From: Opitutales bacterium
GTDB lineage: Bacteria > Verrucomicrobiota > Verrucomicrobiia > Opitutales > PNEW01
Reading direction: 5' to 3'
Length of the DNA stretch: 64,000 nucleotides
Assembly (NCBI GenBank): GCA_965197745.1
Contig: CBDANS010000007.1
Span: 928,001-992,000, forward strand
Position numbers and translations under genes: made by a program
Part shown: positions 20,808-31,615 of the stretch, one piece after another
Layout of the letters: every line of letters starts with the position of its first letter
How positions within the stretch are numbered: the stretch's first letter is position 1
Notes under the pieces: generated by a model
Told to the model about the DNA's origin: nothing
What the model saw: the letters and a program-made list of their open reading frames with translations, nothing else
The model's database searches: none

Positions 20808-23303
20808 TATACTATCTTCAGTAAGGAGATATTGTCTAGGGGGTAAAGGGTCTGAGCGCCTTGAGAAAGGGCGGTTGAATCTAAAAGGAGGGAATGTGTT
20901 TCATAATAAAGAATGATCGTTAATTCAGGAACAGATTCACGTGGAGATCGTTTTTATTATTTTACTACCAATTGTAAGCGTTGCTCTTTGTAAATAAATT
21001 TACCGGCCGTTTTAATAAGATGACCCATGCAAAAAAGTGCCATTCCCACGTTTTCGGATGAATTGAGTCATTCAGATCGAGGGACATCCTAACAAAACAT
21101 GCTAGTAAGTTTGTTTGGAGTGGTGGCTGCTTTATACCTCGTGTTGGATAAGCGTGGCTGCGTTTATAGTTATAGCAGTCCTTTTGCTAGAAAAAAACGC
21201 TATTGCGATCTCCACATCATTAGCCTTTTTAAAATGCGATGCCGCAGGGGAAAACGAAAAGTCGCAAAAGCAAAACCACGAAAATGATGCCAAATTCAAG
21301 TTTTGCTAAAGCAAAAATAGTTATATGATCAGCTACAAATAAAGAGGCACATTGTGCTTCTTTTAGTTTAAAACATGCATGTTATTCCTCTTTTCACTCA
21401 TAAAACAGGCACATTATGCTGACATGTAAAAAAACAAGATTATAAGAACATAGATATTAAAGAACATTGGGGTAACCAAAGTTTAAATTTGGTTACCTGT
21501 GAGGTTTTTTTGTTAATACATTTATAAATAAACGAGCAATGAGGACAAATTCTCTTCTCTACTATTTTAGTACGGGGACATTGTCTGAGGGATATCGATT
21601 AGGTTATAAAAATGCGCGTTTTCGTACGTTCGATTGAATGGTTTCAAGGCCGATGAAGATTTTAAAGCTTCGAAACTTAATTTGATTCGCCCGTGAAGGG
21701 GTCTTAGAGCCTCGAGAAGGGACGTTTACATCTTAAGGCAGGAAATGTTTCATAACGGAGGGTGATCGTACCTTTCAGAGCCAATAAAATGCGTTTCTTT
21801 TTAAATCATTGTTGCTGCCATTTCTTACGATCCCCAAGCCCATGTATTTGCCGTGCACCTTCCCGGTCACTCCCTATCTCTTCTTATCTCTTGGGCTGTT
21901 GATTGCTTTACCCCAGCTTCCGGGGAGTGTCTAAGCTTGAACCCTTTTGGATACCATTGACAAATTTTATTAAATCATTGTATATGACTTTCCGCTTTTT
22001 CCAATAGCGCACCATCCCTCATATTTACCAATGAAGAAACACCACCTCTGTCCATTGGTGATTCCGTTAATCTCAATGTGCGTCTTGTCGCCGGTGTTCG
22101 GCGCTGATGAACCTCCGACTTGCACGGAGCACTCCATCGTAGCCAGCGCGGTGCGCACCCCAGGGGACGTAGAGGCGTTCGTTCAATGCCGCCTTACGAG
22201 TATGTCCAAGAAGAGGGCTTCAGTGAGGCCCGGCGGGCCTTTAACGAGGACGAGCGTTGGATAAGCGGCCCGATCTATATCTTCGTCTCCGAAGTAGTCC
22301 CAACCCATGCATCTATATCGTTCGTTTACCCCCCCGACCCTTCCCTCGAAGGGGTGCCGTGGGGAGAACCGATAATCGACGTCTTCGGCAACGACTGGTA
22401 TGCAGAATTTCATCGTATCATGAGCATTGTCGATGAGGGATGGATGTACTACTCCTTCACGAACCCTGAGACGGGCAGGGATGAGCCGAAGGCTACCTAT
22501 CTCAAGAGCATCGACTGGAACGGGACCCCCTCTGCAATCGGCGTGGGAATCTACCGACGCGACATCCCCGGCACGTGCTGGAGTGAAGAAGTCAATGCCA
22601 TGTTGCTCGATAGTGACCCTTCCAACGAGAGGCTCAAGGAGTTTGTCCGCTGCGCCGCGATGGAGCTTGAAATGAAGGGCTACTTCGCGATCAACACATT
22701 GACGAAGGAGCCGCGATGGAAACACGAATCAATCTACTTGTTTGCAATCGATACTTATGGCTATACGCTGTTCAGCGGAGATCCATACAGCCAGTGGTCG
22801 GGGGTATCCGAGTTGAAAGGAACGGTTGAAGAACATGATTTATTGAGCGTTGCAGACGCTTTCGGAGAAAGCTTCCTGTATTACACGAAACGCAATCCGG
22901 CGAGTGCAATGGAGGAGCGCAAGGTGACTTTCGTTAAAAGGATCGTATCCTTTGGACTGCCGATTCTGATCGGGGCGGGCTATTACCTGGATGAGGGTCC
23001 GTAAGGCCGGGCAAAGCTTGCGCGATAACATCGGGAACTCATAAACTCTCCCTGAGAACAATTGAGAGCCCTGTCATAGTGCTGGCTGGTTTACTCTTTG
23101 CGGGGTGAATTTTTTGAAGCATCACCAATGATTTGAATTGCCCGTGAAGGGGTCTGAGAGCCTCGAGAAAGGGTGTTTGCATCTTAAGACATAAATGGTG
23201 TTTCCTAACGAAGAGTGATCGTACATTTTAGAGCCAATTTAAGCAGGGTCTTTTAAATTATTTTTGCTGCTTTAGCGTTGCCCTTTGTAAATATATTTTC
23301 CGG
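20808..23303 (+). repeat. Three degenerate ~140-200 bp direct repeats (~20808-21007, ~21680-21819, ~23131-23303)
   Basis: Shared core aagggg?tct..g.gcct.gagaa.ggg..atct.aa..tgtttc.taa..tgatcgt. Confidence 0.75.
22031..23004 (+). pseudogene. Secreted double Cache-like domain protein, frameshifted near 22190
   Basis: Signal peptide ORF ends VEAFVQC and continues YEYVQE in another frame; two units with YIFV/YLFA, Y.FTNPETG..EPK and G.G.Y motifs. Confidence 0.7.
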
Positions 23304-23614
23304 TGAGTAAATCGATAGTATGACTGTCGGTATATCTTCTGATCGCACCCCCCCCCCCGCCCCCTTGAAACATGATCTACTCCTAAGGGCGCGGTTAAAG
23401 CGATGGCAGGGGAAGGAGACTGCTCAAGACATGCTCTTGTCCTAAGAAGGTGACAACCCTAAATCACGGGTCGTGGTGAGTATGCAACGAGTATATCAAC
23501 CCGGCTTAATCAGAGTGTTATACTGGGGCTTACTCCTTAATTAGCGGCGTTATAAGACCGTTAGGAATTTATAGTATAAATTAAATACGTTGAATATCAA
23601 CCACTTACAAATCA

Positions 23615-23642
23615 ACTGGACATAATAACGATTGTGCGGGTC
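23615..23642 (-). other. dif-like tyrosine recombinase site
   Basis: Minus strand gacccgcacaa-tcgtta-ttatgtccagt: 11-6-11 layout resembling ggtgcgcataa-tgtata-ttatgttaaat. Confidence 0.5.
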
Positions 23643-24345
23643 ACCTTCTAAGACCTCTCCTCAGGGCGGCCCCTTTTTGTCCGCGCACACTGCCGTCAAT
23701 AACGGTCTGCTCAAGCAACCCAGGAACGACAATCACCTTTTTTTAGTGTGTCCACAGGTTGGCCTGCATTGCGGACAACCTGCAATATCCCTTAATCAAT
23801 GGGCTGATCGATAAGAGAGGATCGTTTCGATCCTCCCGCTCCTTTTTTAAGTGTCTCCACAGTTCACCGTTGTACGACGGGAAACAACAGATACAAAAAA
23901 TGACAATATTGACAGCATCAATCTGGCTCAAAAAAAACCACCCCTCCTTGACCATCTCTCAGATCCAGGAAGGTTCTGAAAATAGCGCCGAAACAGTTAC
24001 CCCTCGAAATAAAATTCTGTCATGATAAACTGAAAAGGCAATTGGGAAGAAATTATTTGTCCAGGAACTGTCCAAGCGGTGTGCCGGCTTTCGAACGACG
24101 AACAATAACCAACCAGTGGTCTAATACGAAGATCTCATCTTCGAAATATCCCGATTGATTGCACTGGCCATAGATGCCATCAGCCGCACTACGTTTACCA
24201 GCCCATAGTCGAACAGGAGGAGGTCATCCATTTGGAACAAAAAAATCACGGGAAAGAATCCTCAATGACTATAACGTCAGAAATCTAAGTATTTGAGACT
24301 TCAGCATCGAAAATGATAAAAAAGAAATACCTTGTGATATAATCC

Positions 24346-26817
24346 CTATTCATACCGCAATGTTTCAATCGGGTCAACACGTGCAGCCACTCGCGCTGGT
24401 AACCAGGCTGAAAATAATCCCACGAGTGCTATTAATGCGATTACCGTGCTATAAACAGTCAAATCATTGGGAGACACATCTTCAATAAGACTGGATAAAA
24501 TTCGGGAAAGGGCCAGGGCCAAGAGCAATCCCAAAAATATACCCGCACCTATTTGAATACCGCTCTGTTTAATTACCATAGCAATAATGTTGCGCGGTTC
24601 CGCGCCCATTGCTTTACGGATTCCCATTTCCTGGGTACGTTGATTAACCGAAAAAGACATGACACCATACACGCCAATAGCCGCTAATATAAAAGCAGCG
24701 ATGCCAAAAACAACAAAAAGACCGGGAATGAACTTAGTTCCTCTGGATATTTTATCAATATAACCTTGAACTGTATTAATTTCATAAAGGGGTTGATTGG
24801 GATTTAATTTTTGCAACTCGGTACGCACTGCGGGCAACCAGTTCATGGGATCATCTCCCGTACCCCGTAAAATGAATGTCATATGGCGTGTCGTAATATT
24901 TTGATTAAATACGGTCTCTTGGGCCATGGGGACATAAAATCCTGAGCCATCGTTATTCACTGTATTAAAACCCTCCATCTGTAAATCCGGTGCAACACCG
25001 ACAACCGTTAGCCAAGGCTTCTCACCCGGCCCCTTCGCTTTAAACATTTTACCGATTGGACTCTGATTCGGCCAATACTTTTCCGCAAAAATAGTATTAA
25101 CAATCGCTACCTGCTGAGAATCGGCAATGTCCGTATGATTGAATGCTCTTCCCTCTAAAATAGAGACTCCAAAGACATTGAAGTAGCCATCAGAAATACC
25201 TGCAAATTGAGCACGCGGATAGTCATCATCTGACGCATAACTCACCCCATCAATTATAATAATCCGGGGAACTGCTATCGGTTCATTATGTGAAGAGGTC
25301 AACGCGACTGCCTCAATACCCGGAACAACCCTGAGGTTATTGAGCAATGTATTAAGAAATGAGATTTTATCACTATCTTCAGGATAGTCCGTGTCAAATA
25401 ATGCCGTCCGTGCCTGTAATATAGCTTCCGGGTTATAGGGTAATTCGAACTGGTTTAGCTTATACGACATTTTTAACATCATACCCGAGCCTATAAGGAG
25501 CGCGCAGGACATGGCAATTTGCACAATGACCAAAAACTTACTGAATCGACCCGAACGCAAATTAGAAGAGGTGCGAGTGTTTTCCTTTAATAATTGATTT
25601 ACATCCGTTCTCGATGCCTGAAGCGCGGGGACAAGTCCCGATATTATACCGGTTGCAAAGGTAACACCGATGACAAAAATAAACACCGATCCATCCAGTT
25701 CAAAATTTATCCAGGAGGGAAAATTTCCTCCCTCGAACATGACCAAAAGATAATTCCACAAAAACTCTAAAGATCTATGCGCGATGAGAAAACCACCCAC
25801 CGCACCGATTATCGAAATGATCAGGCTCTCGGTCAGTATTTGTGTGATTAATCTTTTCCTCTTTGCACCTAATGCACTGCGTATAGCGAGCTCCTTGCTG
25901 CGCAGAATAGATCGGGCAAAAAGTAGGTTTGCAACATTAGAACAGGCAATGAGAAGCACCATGAATGCGGCCACGAGCATAGTCGTGAATAATATATTTA
26001 TCTCATTGCCCATAATTCCCTTAATATAAGGCTTAATATCGAGTGAATTATAGCCCTCGTTGCTTTCTGGATATTCCTGTTCCAGACGACTGGCTATGCC
26101 GTTTAGCTCGGTTAATGCTTCTTCAAGTGTAACGTCATCTTTCAACCTTCCAAATACCGTCAATTTACCACTATTCTTTCTTGTCGTTGACGAAAAATCT
26201 TTGAGGCGCGGAATCCAAAGGTCCGCACCAAATGGAAACTTATAATCCTGTGACATCACACCCACAATGTTGTGCGATACATTATTTAAGAGGACAGACC
26301 GACCAATTATATCGACATCTCCATAAAAATCCTTCTGCCAGATTCCATAACTGATGATCGCTACCTTATCAGCACCCGGCAGGTCTTCATCTTTAAAAAA
26401 TCCGCGACCTAAGAGAGGTTTGGCGCGAAGCAATTCTAGAAAATTAGTGGAGATTGAACAACCATTATAACGCCGCGCGTAATCATCACCTTTTATATTT
26501 ATCGTAGAATTGTCGGAACCACTTAAGCCCTCAAAAGTGGTTTGCTGTTCCTGAAAGTCATTGAGGTCATAGGCATTTATAAACAAATCAATGTTAAAAT
26601 CTTGCGAGTTACTTTTAACGTTAGCCCATCTTAAAAGGAAAAGGCGATCCGATTTATCAAAGGGCAGTCCCTTGATAATAAAACCATTTACGATACTGAA
26701 CATAGTTACTACGAGGCCAATGCCGATGGACAAGGCAATTACCGCTATGACCGAAACACCTATATTCTGTCTCAACATCCGCAGTCCAAAAATTATATCC
26801 TGAAGTATGTTTCGCAT
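24346..26817 (-). CDS. ABC transporter permease, MacB/FtsX duplicated (ADOP-like)
   Basis: LLIACSNVANLL, ELAIRSALGA, EMGIRKAMGA, LRYE terminus. Confidence 0.92.
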   Translation of the reverse strand: MRNILQDIIFGLRMLRQNIGVSVIAVIALSIGIGLVVTMFSIVNGFIIKGLPFDKSDRLFLLRWANVKSNSQDFNIDLFINAYDLNDFQEQQTTFEGLSGSDNSTINIKGDDYARRYNGCSISTNFLELLRAKPLLGRGFFKDEDLPGADKVAIISYGIWQKDFYGDVDIIGRSVLLNNVSHNIVGVMSQDYKFPFGADLWIPRLKDFSSTTRKNSGKLTVFGRLKDDVTLEEALTELNGIASRLEQEYPESNEGYNSLDIKPYIKGIMGNEINILFTTMLVAAFMVLLIACSNVANLLFARSILRSKELAIRSALGAKRKRLITQILTESLIISIIGAVGGFLIAHRSLEFLWNYLLVMFEGGNFPSWINFELDGSVFIFVIGVTFATGIISGLVPALQASRTDVNQLLKENTRTSSNLRSGRFSKFLVIVQIAMSCALLIGSGMMLKMSYKLNQFELPYNPEAILQARTALFDTDYPEDSDKISFLNTLLNNLRVVPGIEAVALTSSHNEPIAVPRIIIIDGVSYASDDDYPRAQFAGISDGYFNVFGVSILEGRAFNHTDIADSQQVAIVNTIFAEKYWPNQSPIGKMFKAKGPGEKPWLTVVGVAPDLQMEGFNTVNNDGSGFYVPMAQETVFNQNITTRHMTFILRGTGDDPMNWLPAVRTELQKLNPNQPLYEINTVQGYIDKISRGTKFIPGLFVVFGIAAFILAAIGVYGVMSFSVNQRTQEMGIRKAMGAEPRNIIAMVIKQSGIQIGAGIFLGLLLALALSRILSSLIEDVSPNDLTVYSTVIALIALVGLFSAWLPARVAARVDPIETLRYE

Positions 26818-26848
26818 CTTTCTCTGTGGTTAATTATTTTGGGGTGGA

Positions 26849-28339
26849 CTAAGGTATGTTCACCGCGAATTTCTCCAAGGTGGTGCCAACTTGCTGATCG
26901 TATTCGGCGAGAGATTTATTGTAATCAATAATAGCTTGCAGTTCACGAATCTCAGCCTCTGCCAGATCATCCTGTAACCTTAAGACGATAAAGGTGGTAC
27001 TCGTTCCTGCCTGAAGCTTCTTTTGTTCTGCAGCGAGGCTTTTCTCCGATAAAGCGCGTGCGTCTTTAGCGACCTTGATCCGTTTCCAGTTCGTATTGAT
27101 GCGACCCGCAGCATTATCCAGGTTTATTAATATATCCTGTTTAAATTGCTTTAGTGTGATTTCCTGCTGATTTTTTCTTAAATAAGCCGCTGCTTTCTGT
27201 GATCTTCCGAATCGATTGGGGAAAGGCACATTAAAGTTTATACCCAGCCGATAAGCCTGATTTTCATTTTCCGTTAATCTGTCAAAGCTGCTCTCAAAAC
27301 TATCATCTCGTCCTTGCCAACCATATCCTCCGATAAGGTCTAAATTGGGCAAAGCTTGATGGCTGTTGAGTGTTATTTCGATTTCGCTCGTTTCAAGATA
27401 GAGAACCGCTCGACGATAATCTGGTCTTATCTCTAATGCCTTTTGATAATCCTCTTCTAAATTGATAGTGATTTCCTGAGGTTGATGGGGTGGTAGAATG
27501 GATATTCTTTTCTTCAGCACACCCACTATGCCATCGTATAACAATTGCTTGAGTCGATTCTCCTGATCCAGCATGAAGCGTTCTGCAAGCAAAACGCGCT
27601 CTTCCCTTAATGCTACTTCTGCTTCAGCCTGAACAACATCCAATGGGGCCATTGATCCAATCTCAATCCGTCGAATATTATCCTCTTTTAATTTCAGTGC
27701 TAAGTCACGACTGCGTTTAGCAACGTCCAAATTCTGGGACGCGAAATAGAAATCATTGTAAGCAAATATTGTTCTTGAAATTATGGAAATAACCACGCGC
27801 TTAAACTCCCACTCGGATAACTCTAATCCTTTTTTCGCAATATTAATTCTGGCTTTATTGAAACCGGGTCCGAATCCTCTAAGTATGGGTTGGGTTAAAC
27901 TAAATCCGGCAAAAGTGTAATATTCATCCGTAAAATCATTAAATGTCCCTCTGCGATTATCACTATCAATGCCGATCTCATAGTTCGTTCCCCAGGGAAG
28001 GACTCCATTAAAACCAATTGATAAGGTATCATCCTCCAGAGTGAATGATTCCGGGGCATCGAAATTTAAAGGATCGATCAACTGCGGGTTGTCAGCTTTG
28101 CTGCGCAGATACCTTGAATCAAATGATGGATCGAAAATTCCTTTTTCAGCGGTCAATTCATGGGCTGCAATATCCGGTGAGATTTGCTCAACCTGGATTG
28201 TAAAATTCTTTGCCAGTACGAGTTTAATCGCTTGAGACAAATTCAGCATCTCCGCTTTAGATTCTTCACTTTGAGCCAGATGTGGATATACATAATATGC
28301 AGTTAGGATAAGAGATATGATATATTTTTTAATATTCAT
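26849..28339 (-). CDS. TolC family outer-membrane efflux protein
   Basis: Signal peptide, two OEP repeats (LTQPILRG; AEQKKLQAG). Confidence 0.9.
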   Translation of the reverse strand: MNIKKYIISLILTAYYVYPHLAQSEESKAEMLNLSQAIKLVLAKNFTIQVEQISPDIAAHELTAEKGIFDPSFDSRYLRSKADNPQLIDPLNFDAPESFTLEDDTLSIGFNGVLPWGTNYEIGIDSDNRRGTFNDFTDEYYTFAGFSLTQPILRGFGPGFNKARINIAKKGLELSEWEFKRVVISIISRTIFAYNDFYFASQNLDVAKRSRDLALKLKEDNIRRIEIGSMAPLDVVQAEAEVALREERVLLAERFMLDQENRLKQLLYDGIVGVLKKRISILPPHQPQEITINLEEDYQKALEIRPDYRRAVLYLETSEIEITLNSHQALPNLDLIGGYGWQGRDDSFESSFDRLTENENQAYRLGINFNVPFPNRFGRSQKAAAYLRKNQQEITLKQFKQDILINLDNAAGRINTNWKRIKVAKDARALSEKSLAAEQKKLQAGTSTTFIVLRLQDDLAEAEIRELQAIIDYNKSLAEYDQQVGTTLEKFAVNIP

Positions 28340-28382
28340 GGTAAAGTAAGTGCTAAAATTAAGTGCGGTAAATTAAATTACA

Positions 28383-30860
28383 CTATTCATACCGCAATGC
28401 TTCCATGGGTTCTACGCGTGCCGCTACCCGAGCCGGTATCCAGACTGACAATAATCCGACTAAAACTATTACCCCGATTACTGTTATATAAACTGACAGG
28501 TCATAGGGAGAAAAATTTGAATATATGCTGTGAAGGATTTTAGAAAATGCAATCGCCAGTAATAATCCTATGAATATACCCGCACCAATTTGCCTACTAC
28601 TTTGCTTAATAATCATTGTCAGGATAAGGCGAGGGTCGGCACCCAATGCCTTGCGGATTCCCATCTCCTGTGTGCGCTGATTAACCGAAAACGACATCAC
28701 ACCATACACACCAATAGAAGCGAGAAAGGTGGCTGCGATACCGAAAGCAATAAACAGTCCGGTGAAGAACTTACGCCATCGAGAATAATCATCGATTGCA
28801 CCTTGTACTGTTTTAATGTCATATAAAGGCTGATTAGGATTTAATTTCTGAACCTCGCTACGGATTGTTGGCAACCAGTTCATGGGATCACGACCGGCGC
28901 CTTTTAAAACAAGCGTCATGTAGCGATTGGTTATATTTCTTAAAAAGGTAGTCTTTTGCGTCATCGGGACATAAAAACCCGGGAATCTATCCTGGTCATC
29001 CCAATTAAAACCTTCCATTTGGAGGTCTGGAGCAACACCCACTATCGTCAACCAAGGCATACCTGCAGGATAATATACTTTTAATCGTTTACCTATTGCA
29101 CTTTGTCCCGGCCAATAATGTTCAGCGAAGTCTGTGTTAACGATTGCGACCTGCTGTGAGTCAGTAATGTCGGTATCATAAAACGGCCTTCCTTCTAATA
29201 TTGGTGCATTAAAGACATCGAAGTAATCGGTAGATACACCGGCAAAACAAGTCCACGGATAATCATCCTCTGTTACATAACTTTCACCGTCGACTATGAT
29301 CTTCCTCCAAAAGGCGAATGGCTCACTGTGAGTTGATGTTAACGCAACTACTTCAATCCCTGGAATAGCTTTCAAGTTGCTTAACAGCGATTCAAAAAAC
29401 GAAAGCTTATCACTATCCGTAGGATAATCGTCATCGTATAAAACAGTTCGTGCTTGAAAAATGGATTCAGGGTCGTAGGGCAAGTCAAACGTATTAAGAT
29501 TATTCACCATTTTTAACATTAATCCTGCTCCAACAAGAAGCACACAGCATAAAGCGATCTGTGTAATTACCAGGCACTTGCTGAATCGACCTACACGCAA
29601 ACTGGAGGATGTGCGTGTGTCTTCCTTTAATAATTGATTTACATCGGTCTTTGATGCCTTGATCGCCGGTACTATACCTGATATTACTCCGGTGAGAACC
29701 GTTAGACCGATTATAAATACAAAAACCATCCAATCCATCTCGAAATCAACCCAGGATGGAATAGAATGCCATGTCACTAATAGTGCTTTAAAATATTTCC
29801 ATAAAAAATCCAAAAATAATATCGCTATCAGTATGCCACCCATTGTTCCCATAATCGATATTAACAGACTCTCTGTTAACATTTGAATAATGATACGTTT
29901 TCTTGGAGCACCTATGGCACTTCGAATTGCCAGTTCTTTGCTTCGCAAGGTCGACCTGGCAAGAAGAAGATTAGCGACATTGGAACATGCGATGAGCAAC
30001 ACTAAAAATACGGCTCCCAGCATCGTTATTAATCTATTAACCATCCAATCGCCCATAAACGCTTTAGTGTAAGGTTCAATATCCAGAGTATTTAACCCCT
30101 TATTGCTTTCTGGATAAACCTGTTCCAGGCGAGCAGCTATACCGTTAAATTCTGTTAAGGCTTCGTCAATGGTAACGCCGTCTTTTAATCTGCCAAAAAC
30201 AAACCTGAATTTTCCACTATTTATTCTTGTTTTTAAGGGATAGTCATTCCGATAGGGAATCCACAAATCAGCACTATTCGGGAAATTAAAATCCTGGGGC
30301 ATTACACCAACTATAGTACGAGGTGCTCCATTTAATAGCATTGTCCTGCCAATAATATTAGAATCTCCGTTAAAATCTTTCTGCCAGATCCCGTATCCGA
30401 TAATCACTACAGGATCTGTACCGGGCAGCTCTTCATCCTCAAAAAAACTCCGTCCCAGTAATGGTCTGATCCTAAGCACATCGAGAAAATTAGCAGAGAT
30501 ATAGACCCCAGAACACCGGCGCGCGTAGTCATCCCCTTTAATATTCACGGATTCTTCATGATAGCCACACAACCCTTCAAACGTCGTCTGCTGTTCTCTG
30601 AAGTCAATAAGGTCATGGGTATTTATAAGGATGTCATTCCAATCAAAATTTTGATCACTTGTAGCCCATCTCAAACTGAAAATGCGTTCAGGTTCGTCAA
30701 AGGGAAGGCCTTTAATGAGAAACCCATTTACAATACTGAAAACGGTAGTAACCAGCCCAATGCCAATGGATAAGACAAACACAGCAAGCAAGGTAATCCC
30801 TACATTCTGTTTTAACATGCGCAGTCCGAAGACTATATCCTGAAGGATATTTCGCATCAT
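28383..30860 (-). CDS. ABC transporter permease, MacB/FtsX duplicated (ADOP-like)
   Basis: Paralog of 24346..26817. Confidence 0.92.
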   Translation of the reverse strand: MMRNILQDIVFGLRMLKQNVGITLLAVFVLSIGIGLVTTVFSIVNGFLIKGLPFDEPERIFSLRWATSDQNFDWNDILINTHDLIDFREQQTTFEGLCGYHEESVNIKGDDYARRCSGVYISANFLDVLRIRPLLGRSFFEDEELPGTDPVVIIGYGIWQKDFNGDSNIIGRTMLLNGAPRTIVGVMPQDFNFPNSADLWIPYRNDYPLKTRINSGKFRFVFGRLKDGVTIDEALTEFNGIAARLEQVYPESNKGLNTLDIEPYTKAFMGDWMVNRLITMLGAVFLVLLIACSNVANLLLARSTLRSKELAIRSAIGAPRKRIIIQMLTESLLISIMGTMGGILIAILFLDFLWKYFKALLVTWHSIPSWVDFEMDWMVFVFIIGLTVLTGVISGIVPAIKASKTDVNQLLKEDTRTSSSLRVGRFSKCLVITQIALCCVLLVGAGLMLKMVNNLNTFDLPYDPESIFQARTVLYDDDYPTDSDKLSFFESLLSNLKAIPGIEVVALTSTHSEPFAFWRKIIVDGESYVTEDDYPWTCFAGVSTDYFDVFNAPILEGRPFYDTDITDSQQVAIVNTDFAEHYWPGQSAIGKRLKVYYPAGMPWLTIVGVAPDLQMEGFNWDDQDRFPGFYVPMTQKTTFLRNITNRYMTLVLKGAGRDPMNWLPTIRSEVQKLNPNQPLYDIKTVQGAIDDYSRWRKFFTGLFIAFGIAATFLASIGVYGVMSFSVNQRTQEMGIRKALGADPRLILTMIIKQSSRQIGAGIFIGLLLAIAFSKILHSIYSNFSPYDLSVYITVIGVIVLVGLLSVWIPARVAARVEPMEALRYE

Positions 30861-30878
30861 TTGAGGTAGTGGTTCGTG

Positions 30879-31583
30879 TTAGACCGTTTGTTTAGCGACT
30901 CCGTCTACAACCTTACCGTCAAAAAGGTGAACAACCTTGGATGCATAACTGATGTAATCTTCGTTATGTGTCACCATACATATAGTAGCCCCTTCGTCGT
31001 TTAATCGCTTAAGCAATTCCATTACTGTCTTACCATTACTCGAGTCGAGATTACCGGTCGGCTCATCGGCAAGGAGAATTCGTGGTTCACCGGCAAGGGC
31101 GCGGGCAACAGCAACGCGTTGTTGTTGTCCACCGGATAGTTGACTCGGAACATGTTTACTTCGATGAGACATCTCTACTTTATCCAAGGCATCATTGACG
31201 CGCACTTTTCTATCAGTTGATCGCATCCCGCGGTAAGTCAGGGGAAGTTCTACATTTTCGTATACACTGAGGTCACCGATAAGATTGAAGCTTTGAAATA
31301 TAAACCCGATTTCGCGATTGCGGATTCGAGCTCGTTCGTCCTCCGTGAGGTTGGCAACTGCTTTATCAGCGAGGGTGTAATTACCTTCAGTTGGGGAATC
31401 CAGTAATCCGAGAATGGACAGAAGCGTAGACTTACCGCAACCGGACGGTCCATTGATGGAGACAAACTCACCGGTGTTAATACCTAGATCTATTCCCGAT
31501 AGGGCATGGGTTTCCAGTTCGTCCGTAAAAAACACTTTTGAAATATTATCTAACTGGATTAGGGTATTATTTTTATTATTCAT
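30879..31583 (-). CDS. ABC transporter ATP-binding protein (LolD/MacB type)
   Basis: GPSGCGKS, LSGGQQQR, LADEPTGNLD. Confidence 0.95.
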   Translation of the reverse strand: MNNKNNTLIQLDNISKVFFTDELETHALSGIDLGINTGEFVSINGPSGCGKSTLLSILGLLDSPTEGNYTLADKAVANLTEDERARIRNREIGFIFQSFNLIGDLSVYENVELPLTYRGMRSTDRKVRVNDALDKVEMSHRSKHVPSQLSGGQQQRVAVARALAGEPRILLADEPTGNLDSSNGKTVMELLKRLNDEGATICMVTHNEDYISYASKVVHLFDGKVVDGVAKQTV

Positions 31584-31615
31584 GGCATTTCTTGGGTACT
31601 GGTTTCTTGAGGTAA

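Noticed and set aside
20808..23303. CRISPR array or classical integron attC array
   Set aside because: Repeats are too long, degenerate and widely spaced for CRISPR; no cas genes; no attC RYYYAAC/GTTRRRY dyad recognised; the integrase does not look like IntI.
16796..23642. Prophage
   Set aside because: No structural, terminase or lysis genes.
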